DNA of 39,882 bases, taken from a virus. The position numbers were made by a program, and so were the translations under genes. Position 1 is the first letter of the stretch. Every line of letters starts with the position of its first letter. Location: IMG/VR virus record IMGVR_UViG_3300048919_000040, positions 1-39,882 of that record; one strand, given 5' to 3'. The notes beneath the pieces were generated by a model, which did no database searches, was not told the DNA's origin, and saw nothing but the letters and a program-made list of their open reading frames with translations. Positions 1 through 6,905 of this stretch are shown one piece after another.

Positions 1-127
1 ACATAATTATAAAATGTCTTCGTCTTCTTCGCTGTAATCCTGTACCTCATCATATCCCGATGAACCTACACTAATCGCGGGGCGGTCGTCGTCTTCGCTG
101 GCTATTGCCGGTTTACCGTCGCTTTTA
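1..127. repeat. Terminal direct overlap, copy 1 (identical to 39756-39882)
   Basis: Direct comparison: bases 1-127 equal 39756-39882 base for base. The overlap closes the sequence into a 39,755-bp circle or circular permutation. Confidence 0.95.
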
Positions 128-1263
128 GTAATTACCGCGCTTAATAACGCGTTAAACTTCTTTTTGCCTAACTGCTTTTCTAAGTCCGTAAGGCTCTTTA
201 ATTCCATGTTGTAAATATCAAAGGTATCAAAATCTTCACCTATTAGAATATCTACTACTTTGTCTTCGCTGGTGAAGGCGCGGCGGCCCTTACCTTTAAC
301 TAATTTAAACCCTTCTACTGTATCGCCTTTCTCCATGCGGCGCGTAGTTTCGTCTATCATTTTGGTTATCCAGCTTTTTACGTCCGGGCCAATGTTCAAT
401 AGATACGCTAGTTCGTCCTTAGTTATTTCGCGCTTATCTTTGATCGCTGCGAGGTCGTCGAATTGATCGTAAAACGCTTTACATACGTTACGGGCTTTAC
501 AGAATTGGCAATGCTTACCGGGTACAAATTCGCCGATACCGGCAATAGCTTGCACCGCTTTTGGTTTTACCTCATCTTCGCCCCACTCTAGCAACTCCTT
601 TGCTCCTATCTGCCACGAAGACGCACCGCCGGCCCGCGGCTGGTAGATACTTAATACTACTGTGTGTATCTCCGTCCATCCGTCAGCTATCGCGGCTTTA
701 AGACCGCCAAGCCCGTATAACTTCATTTGCTTGTTTTGTATGGCGCTTACCCTTACCCCTTCACCGTATTTATAATCGGTTATATATAGCACGTATCGCG
801 TGCGGGTAGAGACGTCGCCGGTACCAAATCCAAGCGGCACGTAATCGAATATATCGTATCGCGTTTCTATTAAGATGCGGCGCGCTATATCGTCAAAATC
901 CGGGTTTTCAAATTCGCCGCCTATATGTACTTCGCCATCGTTAGGCGTTTGGCTTAGTACGTATTGTGCGTAATCTTCGGCGTGTTCGTACATACTTTGA
1001 AATTGCGACGTTTTGCCCTTATCTTCATAGAATTGCTTAGCTTCCGCTTCTAGTGCAGCTAGGTCTTTTAACCAAAGGCTATGCTTTCCGGCGTAAGTTC
1101 CTGACCTTGCGGCCAAGACTAGCGCGGCTATCTCGTGCGCTATGGTTCCTTCACGTGCATATTCCGTTTCTTCGTTCGGCTGGAATTGCTCAAAACGGGC
1201 CGACGGCGTACACGTTAACCAACGCGACGCCGCCGACGGCCCTAAAATGGCATGGTTAGACAT
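7..1263 (-). CDS. PD-(D/E)XK Cas4-like exonuclease (DUF2800 family)
   Basis: 418-aa ORF. It has N-terminal HAILGPSAASRWLTC, an ITDYKYGEGV nuclease core, and a Cys cluster (C18 plus CQFCKARNVC) as in Cas4/AddB-type Fe-S nucleases. It lies upstream of the DUF2815 SSB and PolA, as in known phage replication modules. Confidence 0.8.
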   Translation of the reverse strand: MSNHAILGPSAASRWLTCTPSARFEQFQPNEETEYAREGTIAHEIAALVLAARSGTYAGKHSLWLKDLAALEAEAKQFYEDKGKTSQFQSMYEHAEDYAQYVLSQTPNDGEVHIGGEFENPDFDDIARRILIETRYDIFDYVPLGFGTGDVSTRTRYVLYITDYKYGEGVRVSAIQNKQMKLYGLGGLKAAIADGWTEIHTVVLSIYQPRAGGASSWQIGAKELLEWGEDEVKPKAVQAIAGIGEFVPGKHCQFCKARNVCKAFYDQFDDLAAIKDKREITKDELAYLLNIGPDVKSWITKMIDETTRRMEKGDTVEGFKLVKGKGRRAFTSEDKVVDILIGEDFDTFDIYNMELKSLTDLEKQLGKKKFNALLSAVITKSDGKPAIASEDDDRPAISVGSSGYDEVQDYSEEDEDIL

Positions 1264-1267
1264 TGGC

Positions 1268-1768
1268 CTACACCTCGAAAGATTCTACAATTTCGTCGGC
1301 ACTTTCACCCCCTGCAAATCTAAGTAGCAAGCCGTAGAAGTCTTCGTATACCGCCGGGTCTAACTCTGATACTTTAGGGCTATCGTAGATCGCTAGTAAT
1401 TTTTTAACGTCTGCGGTTTTACCCTTCTTAGTAAGCTTCGTTACGTCCGTTTGGATGTACGCTAATTGCTCTTCTGCGTCTCCTAGTGCTACCATTTCAG
1501 CTATTTTGTCTTCGTCTGAAAGTTGCGCGGGCTTAGCTGCCTTCGCTGGTGTTGCCTTTTCTGCTTTGGCTGCGGGTGCTGCCTTCGCTGGTGTTGCTGC
1601 TTTAGCGGCTGGCGCTGCGGCCTTTGCTGCGGGTTCTGCTTTTTCAGCTTGTGCCGCTGGCGCTGCTGCTTTTTTAGCTACCGGTGCGTTATCACCTGTT
1701 AATACTCCTAAAACTGCGATCATAGTCGCGTCGTTTAATTCACCTTGTAGTTTAAGTTCTACGTTCAT
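1268..1768 (-). CDS. Ala/Lys/Pro-rich (histone H1-like linker) protein, function unknown
   Basis: 166-aa ORF, 4 nt upstream of the exonuclease gene. A central AKKAAAPAA/PAKAA low-complexity tract is flanked by short globular-looking ends. It contains an internal 42-nt-period DNA repeat. Confidence 0.7.
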   Translation of the reverse strand: MNVELKLQGELNDATMIAVLGVLTGDNAPVAKKAAAPAAQAEKAEPAAKAAAPAAKAATPAKAAPAAKAEKATPAKAAKPAQLSDEDKIAEMVALGDAEEQLAYIQTDVTKLTKKGKTADVKKLLAIYDSPKVSELDPAVYEDFYGLLLRFAGGESADEIVESFEV

Positions 1769-1794
1769 AATGTACTGATTTTAAAGATTAATAT

Positions 1795-1989
1795 TTATTT
1801 TAAAATTTCTTTTCGTGTAATAACTACGGTACCTTGGTCTTTATATCTTTTACTAGCAAATTTTTTGCCCGTAACAGATTGCAGACGCGTACGGCAGCTT
1901 AACACATATTCTAACCGCGTTAGCGGGAAAGTGGCAGATTCGCCAATTTCTAGCGCGTTAATTTCTGCGCGTATGTTATCGTTATCCAT
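1795..1989 (-). CDS. hypothetical protein (64 aa)
   Basis: ORF in the operon orientation, preceded by a 242-nt non-coding leader. No recognisable motif. Confidence 0.55.
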   Translation of the reverse strand: MDNDNIRAEINALEIGESATFPLTRLEYVLSCRTRLQSVTGKKFASKRYKDQGTVVITRKEILK

Positions 1990-2203
1990 AGCTTTGTTAT
2001 TTTATAGGTAAAAGGAAAAACGGCGATGATGTTAAAGAACTTTTGCGCTTGCCGTTTTTCCGGCGTTCATTTAATCAATTTTTGGCTACTGCCGCCCCTG
2101 CCTTATTACCGGTCTCACGGGTGGATGAATGAATGAACTATGCAAATGTAAAAACTATTTTTTAATTGTGCAAATAAATTTACAAAAATTTTTAATTATT
2201 TTT

Positions 2204-2226
2204 AAAAAGGGCGGATTTACCGCCCT
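2204..2226 (-). terminator. Rho-independent terminator after the 109-aa ORF
   Basis: Stem AGGGCGG/CCGCCCT (2208-2214 / 2220-2226) with a 5-nt loop, followed on the minus strand by a T-run. Confidence 0.7.
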
Positions 2227-2231
2227 TTGGG

Positions 2232-2561
2232 CTACATTATTAAATTCATGTCGGCCGGTCTTACTAAGATTTTACCCGCTTCGTGCGACCTATCGAAAGT
2301 GTGTACTACTAAAACCACTTCGTAAAGTAGATTTTTTATTTTGATAAACTCGCCTTTGGCTGGCGGCGTTACGTAGCACGTGCTAGCTAGGTCTTTCTTA
2401 GTTCCCGTTTCCACTATGTGAAATTCACACACCGCGCGGTTATCTATTGTACTCGCTAGGTCGTCTAGTATTACGTCTAACCAATACGCGAAGTCTTCCG
2501 GGTTCTTTTGCGCTAGCATCTTTACAATGTTCTGCGCGTTTAAGTTTAATTTGTTTGCCAT
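2232..2561 (-). CDS. hypothetical protein (109 aa), cassette 2
   Basis: I moved the start to the internal ATG at 2561 (MANKLNL...), because the upstream 19 codons of the tracked ORF overlap the promoter-like repeat. A terminator follows the gene. Confidence 0.65.
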   Translation of the reverse strand: MANKLNLNAQNIVKMLAQKNPEDFAYWLDVILDDLASTIDNRAVCEFHIVETGTKKDLASTCYVTPPAKGEFIKIKNLLYEVVLVVHTFDRSHEAGKILVRPADMNLIM

Positions 2562-2600
2562 AATGTTAAAGATCGTTTTAATTGTTTTACGCTTTATATA

Positions 2601-2617
2601 ATGCAAAGTGCGTGCCA
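2601..2617 (-). promoter_or_regulatory. Sigma-54 type -24/-12 promoter-like element (TGGCACGCACTTTGCAT)
   Basis: Minus-strand reading matches TGGCACG-N4-TTGCW at every conserved position. It lies about 40 nt upstream of the ATG at 2561 and is part of the 42-nt repeat 2576-2617. Confidence 0.6.
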
Positions 2618-2643
2618 AAGTGGATGAACCATAAAACTAAATG

Positions 2644-2664
2644 AAAAACCCCGCTTGCGCGGGG
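2644..2664 (-). terminator. Rho-independent terminator after the 94-aa ORF
   Basis: Stem CCCCGC/GCGGGG (2649-2654 / 2659-2664) with a 4-nt loop. A T5 run follows on the minus strand (A-run 2644-2648). Confidence 0.7.
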
Positions 2665-2670
2665 GCTTGG

Positions 2671-2955
2671 TTAAACTTTACTAATCGCTTCTAGTATTTC
2701 GTCTTCATTTTTAAAACGGTTCCATTCGGCGAAAAATTTACCATCGGGCGGAATAATTAGCCTTGCGGTATATCCGCGTTTGCCGTCGGTTGGCGCAGGG
2801 CCTAGATCACGTATGAAGTAGATCGTTTGGCCTTCGACTTGCTCGTCGTATCTTACTTCAATTTCCCAGCCTAGCGGGGTTATCGCGACATCTGCGCCGT
2901 TTAACAACTCTTTGCACTTCTTAATGATTAGTGCGATAGTAACTACATTTTGCAT
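2671..2955 (-). CDS. hypothetical protein (94 aa), cassette 1
   Basis: ORF bracketed by the promoter-like repeat and a terminator. No recognisable motif. Confidence 0.7.
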   Translation of the reverse strand: MQNVVTIALIIKKCKELLNGADVAITPLGWEIEVRYDEQVEGQTIYFIRDLGPAPTDGKRGYTARLIIPPDGKFFAEWNRFKNEDEILEAISKV

Positions 2956-2989
2956 AATAAAAACTTTTAATTGTTTTACGCTTTATATA

Positions 2990-3006
2990 ATGCAAAGCGC
3001 GTGCCA
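2990..3006 (-). promoter_or_regulatory. Sigma-54 type -24/-12 promoter-like element (TGGCACGCGCTTTGCAT)
   Basis: Perfect match to TGGCACG-N4-TTGCW on the minus strand. It starts immediately after the fibre gene stop (3007) and lies about 38 nt upstream of the ATG at 2955. It is part of the 42-nt repeat 2965-3006. Confidence 0.6.
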
Positions 3007-5058
3007 TTAATGTTTAATATTATAATCCAATAGCGCATTTTTTATGGCAAGTCGTAAGAAGTTGCCCCACGATTCAGTGCCAAACTTTATGGCGTTAGCG
3101 TCATGAGGTTTAAAACCTTCGGCAAATCTAAAGTTTTGCGCAACTTCAAAAGTACCACTGTACATATTTATGTTATTCAAGTGCGCCGAAAGCTTGCCCG
3201 CTCCTAGTCCTAGGCTTGTTGTCATGGCCAGCCAGTTAGGGTCGGTGGGTAGCGTTTCGGTTTTAGTTCTAAACTTTCGCGTAGTTACTCGGCTGGTAGC
3301 ATATCCTATATCTATCATAAAATTGCTGGCTGCTTCTAACCAAGCCGTATTATAATTTTTGGGGTCTTCCTGTACGCTTCCATGAAAATTATGAAAATCT
3401 AAACCTATAAAGCCGCCTTGGATAGAATTAGTGAATGTGTAAATCGCTTGGCTTTCTACTTCGCTTAGTGCCGACGGCCCCGGATAAGTTGGGTCTGTGG
3501 GTACCCCGGCGGCGGCCCAACCTACCGGAAAATTTCTATTTAAATCCACCCCTCTATAATTTTTTCGCGCACCTGTTCCGCCCCCCGTATTCCACCCCCA
3601 AGGGTTAGCAGACGGTATAACTATTATTTTTACATTCCAACGTAGATACTCTAAAAATGGGTCGCTTTGCCAATTGGTTAACATCTGTTTTATTAATTCA
3701 TAGTTGCATAGCGCGCCCGTTTTTTCAAATCCGTGCATAGCTGTATTTATAAAAATAGTCGGCTTAAATACCGGATTACTTACGGTGGTGTCGTCGTTTC
3801 GTGTTATAGGGGGGTCGAATGTATACGCATACATGCTTAATGGCGTTGTTTCCGTCGGCACCTGATCCGTTAGTAGTGTTCGGGTGGCGTATCCCGGGTT
3901 AGCGGATACGAAAGCGTCCCAAAGAGCATAAAAATTACTTACGTTACCAAGCCCTACCGGCACACTCGTACCGCTTGCATTGCTGTAATCGGCTGTAGTT
4001 AGCGTATCGTAATACTTATCGAGTTCTATGTCGGCTATTATGGCATTGGTTCGCTTCATCGCTGTGGTGGCCGAAGCTTTAAACGTATATCTTAATACCT
4101 TATCATTTGACGCCGCGCTAGTGGTTTGAATAAGCCTGTACCCTGTGGCTATCAAATCCCAATTAATAGTTACTTTACCTAGCAAGGCGCCATTAGTTCG
4201 CCTAAATGTATATGTTTTAATACCCGTTGGTACTTCGGCGTTGGCTTGGTAGAAACTACCGCCCCACTCTACAGGCCCCAATTCAGTATTTACCACAGGT
4301 GTGGTAGTTGCGCCAAGTCTGAACCCCATATAATCACGTTTTTCAGTGCTATTAAATTGATATTGTTTACCTATACCATAAAATGATATGAACTCCGTAT
4401 CTAGTATATCATACCACTCCATGGATAAAAGCGCGTTGTTTATAGATTCGGCTAGTGATACGGTGCCGGGTTCAAAGAATTTATTATTTATAGGTACCGG
4501 CGCGGGTAGATATGTATAGTTAGATATATTAGTTAATAACCATTTGCCGGTACCTTTTCGCACACCGCCAAAAATTATGTGTGTGTCGGGTATGCCGGCC
4601 ACATTTGAAGAAGTGTACATAGCTACGGCCCCGGTAGTTCTATTCATAGCTAAGATTACAAATTCACCTGAAACCGTTGTTAAATCTAGTGTGGCCGCTG
4701 TTATTAAATATCTGTTTCGTTGACCCACTACTATGTTGGTAGTTCCGGTAAATGTTAGGGTGGCCGCCGTCTGATCTAACACTACGGTGGCGGGATTATT
4801 TAGTAAAAATCCTAACTTTTCGGCTTTGGTATATCCTGTTAATAACTCCACCCAATTGGCATTGCTTCCCGGCTCCACTGTGGGTGTAGTTATATCTACG
4901 GCCGCATAGTAAATTCGCCCTGTGGGTTTGTGTAATACTGTTCTATTCTGTGTATACGCGCCCGTTTCCCACATAACGGGGGATTGCGCGTCATTGTTAA
5001 AAATTAAGTCGGCAGCACTCGCGCCACTCATACCGTTTGTTATTTTAGTTAGTGCCAT
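3007..5058 (-). CDS. Tail fibre/spike protein with a C-terminal M14 zinc-carboxypeptidase-like domain
   Basis: 683 aa. The N-terminus has a CBM5/12-like motif (W-x4-Y...V...G..YYA...PG....W). The C-terminal part has HGFE (HxxE), NPWG, RGVDLNRNF and DFHNFHG, the hallmark M14 zinc and substrate motifs. Confidence 0.7.
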   Translation of the reverse strand: MALTKITNGMSGASAADLIFNNDAQSPVMWETGAYTQNRTVLHKPTGRIYYAAVDITTPTVEPGSNANWVELLTGYTKAEKLGFLLNNPATVVLDQTAATLTFTGTTNIVVGQRNRYLITAATLDLTTVSGEFVILAMNRTTGAVAMYTSSNVAGIPDTHIIFGGVRKGTGKWLLTNISNYTYLPAPVPINNKFFEPGTVSLAESINNALLSMEWYDILDTEFISFYGIGKQYQFNSTEKRDYMGFRLGATTTPVVNTELGPVEWGGSFYQANAEVPTGIKTYTFRRTNGALLGKVTINWDLIATGYRLIQTTSAASNDKVLRYTFKASATTAMKRTNAIIADIELDKYYDTLTTADYSNASGTSVPVGLGNVSNFYALWDAFVSANPGYATRTLLTDQVPTETTPLSMYAYTFDPPITRNDDTTVSNPVFKPTIFINTAMHGFEKTGALCNYELIKQMLTNWQSDPFLEYLRWNVKIIVIPSANPWGWNTGGGTGARKNYRGVDLNRNFPVGWAAAGVPTDPTYPGPSALSEVESQAIYTFTNSIQGGFIGLDFHNFHGSVQEDPKNYNTAWLEAASNFMIDIGYATSRVTTRKFRTKTETLPTDPNWLAMTTSLGLGAGKLSAHLNNINMYSGTFEVAQNFRFAEGFKPHDANAIKFGTESWGNFLRLAIKNALLDYNIKH

Positions 5059-5082
5059 TTTTTATATTTTTTTTTTGTTATT

Positions 5083-5646
5083 TTAATAGTTCCATAGTCC
5101 CGTAGCCGTCCACACTCTTGCATTATTCCAAAAGCCGGTTGCGAGAATCCAGCCGTCGGCGTCTGTATTTAATACGCGTAATTTTTTGGTTTCACCTGTT
5201 TGAATATCTCTAAAAATTATATCTCCTTCACCTAGTGTGGCGGTTCGCGTTATGGTTACCGTGGTAGTGCCAAGTCCGCCCGTAGATGGGTCGGCCGAAG
5301 CATACGCTATAGTTCCCACAATATCCCAACCCATATTAGACGTTACTTCTACGGTTTTAGAGGGTACGCCCGGATATAGATATATGATATTCGGCGCAAC
5401 ATTAAATATACTTATCGGGCAATTATATAGATCAATAGTAGTGCTAGGTGTGCCGTTTATAAATTCGCCCGGATTAAAATAATATTCTACTTCGTATATA
5501 TCAGGGTTAGGATTTAATATACCTATCATTAACGCTATGGCTTGTTTTCGACCGCTAACGCTTATTAGTTGCCCGTTAATATCTACGGGCTGGCCATTCG
5601 GCGCAACTTTGTACGCTATGGTTGATTGTTTTGCTCCTGTATTCAT
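5083..5646 (-). CDS. Virion structural protein with an Ig/BACON-like C-terminal domain (putative)
   Basis: Start moved to the ATG at 5646 (MNTGAKQ...), 4 nt after the upstream stop. The segment VTSNMGWDIVG...GTTTVTITRTA...GETKKLRV has a BACON/Ig-like pattern. Confidence 0.55.
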   Translation of the reverse strand: MNTGAKQSTIAYKVAPNGQPVDINGQLISVSGRKQAIALMIGILNPNPDIYEVEYYFNPGEFINGTPSTTIDLYNCPISIFNVAPNIIYLYPGVPSKTVEVTSNMGWDIVGTIAYASADPSTGGLGTTTVTITRTATLGEGDIIFRDIQTGETKKLRVLNTDADGWILATGFWNNARVWTATGLWNY

Positions 5647-5650
5647 TGCT

Positions 5651-6181
5651 CTATATTGTTTCGCAGTATGCGTTGTTATCAAAATCCGGTTTAAAAATAT
5701 ATGGCGATAAAAACCGCGTAAACGCGTCGGCCGTAACTTCAAAAAGCGGATAGCGTGAAGGGCAATTAAGTGTAACCAAATGTCCGAACCCTTCGGCGGT
5801 TTGGTTCTGATATGTCAATACGGCCCCGGCATCATATCCAAATGTATAATACTTGCCATTGTTGGCACGGAAAACCACAATTTGGCGACGTTTAGTACCT
5901 ATGTGAAGGTTAGATATAGTTTCCGCGTCGATCGTGGTAATAAACGATTCTAGCACGTGCGTGTATTGTCCGCTAGAATTTAGTTTGGCTATCATATCCG
6001 GCGCTTGTAACTCTGTAAATTCACCCGTTCGCAGTATATCGGTAACTAAGCAATTAACGTATAGATCGTTATCGGCAAAGCGATAGCCGCCGAAGTCTTC
6101 GTAATCTAGTAAGTATATAGCGGCGATGCCGTCTACGGTGTACTTACAAGGGGGTTTTATGTTTTTAATTCTACAAGCCAT
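5651..6181 (-). CDS. Virion structural protein, paralog B (possible tail-tube-like protein)
   Basis: 176 aa, starting MAC like its neighbour. It shares a ...F.E......Y.....I...D.E......L......VV....GK...G...G pattern with CDS 6248..6835. Confidence 0.6.
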   Translation of the reverse strand: MACRIKNIKPPCKYTVDGIAAIYLLDYEDFGGYRFADNDLYVNCLVTDILRTGEFTELQAPDMIAKLNSSGQYTHVLESFITTIDAETISNLHIGTKRRQIVVFRANNGKYYTFGYDAGAVLTYQNQTAEGFGHLVTLNCPSRYPLFEVTADAFTRFLSPYIFKPDFDNNAYCETI

Positions 6182-6196
6182 AATAAATTAGAATTT

Positions 6197-6222
6197 AAAA
6201 AAGCCTATATGTTAATATAGGC
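6197..6222 (-). terminator. Rho-independent terminator after structural paralog A
   Basis: Stem GCCTATAT/ATATAGGC (6203-6210 / 6215-6222) with a 4-nt loop. A T6 run follows on the minus strand. Confidence 0.7.
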
Positions 6223-6247
6223 CCTTGATAAATAAATATGTCTGAAA

Positions 6248-6835
6248 TTAAGGTATTACTTCCGGGTCAGGTGCTACGGTAATCGCGGTTAAATCTTTTA
6301 AGATTGGCGCAATTTCCGTGCTTATGCCTTGGTGTATGATAGTCCAGCCGGTTGCGTCAGCTTCCGCCGCGCCGCTGTTATAATCAAACCCACCGGCCGG
6401 GGCCGATAGTCCGCCCGTTCTACCCAATACGCGGGCTTTGCCGGCCTTATCTAAAACGACGTGAATAAAGCGGCCTAAGCTTAGCGCGTCGCCTTCGTTA
6501 AGTACGTCTATGTCGTATTGGTTTAATACTGCATTTACGGTTTGCTGGCGATATTTACCACCATTACCACCAACTAAAAGGGCGTCTGAAAAGCTTAACG
6601 TATTGTCGGCTGCGCCAATCTCGTAAAACGTTTCGCCGGTTGGTAGTACAATATCGGTAATGTATCCGTCGGTATCAAATACGTATTGAATAAACCCCGC
6701 TACAGGTGCCGGCGCTTCACTAGCGGCTGCCACTAAGACAGGCGGGTACCAATTCGCTATATAATCTTTTGCCGCACCCGCTACCGCGTATACGCAAAGC
6801 TTATTATTTAATGATTTTGTTACTTTACAAGCCAT
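6248..6835 (-). CDS. Virion structural protein, paralog A (possible tail-tube or decoration protein)
   Basis: Start moved to 6835 (MACKV...), because the tracked N-terminal extension runs through the terminator hairpin at 6858-6888. The gene is flanked by terminators, as expected for an abundant structural protein. Confidence 0.6.
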   Translation of the reverse strand: MACKVTKSLNNKLCVYAVAGAAKDYIANWYPPVLVAAASEAPAPVAGFIQYVFDTDGYITDIVLPTGETFYEIGAADNTLSFSDALLVGGNGGKYRQQTVNAVLNQYDIDVLNEGDALSLGRFIHVVLDKAGKARVLGRTGGLSAPAGGFDYNSGAAEADATGWTIIHQGISTEIAPILKDLTAITVAPDPEVIP

Positions 6836-6857
6836 TGTAATATATTTTTGTTGAGTT

Positions 6858-6888
6858 AAAAAGGGTACCGCGTTACGCGGCGCCCTTT
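6858..6888 (-). terminator. Rho-independent terminator after the major capsid gene
   Basis: Nested hairpin AAGGG-ta-CCGCG tta CGCGG-cg-CCCTT, followed by T5 on the minus strand. Confidence 0.7.
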
Positions 6889-6905
6889 CGTACATTATGA
6901 ATTTT

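Noticed and set aside
2121-2180. A fourth copy of the sigma-54-like repeat in the 1990-2231 leader. The words GTGGATGAA, ATGCAAA and TTTTAATTGT are all present.
   Set aside because: The words occur in the wrong relative order for either strand, and there is no TGGCAC -24 element. It is at best a scrambled or degenerate relic, or a coincidence of AT-rich words.
6836-6895. N-terminal extensions offered by the ORF track (6836-6895, 5647-5742, 2562-2618, 35377-35469, 24865-24885)
   Set aside because: They run through terminator hairpins or promoter-like repeats, or overlap the upstream gene extensively. Internal ATGs give tight gene junctions (4-nt gaps or ATGA overlaps) instead.
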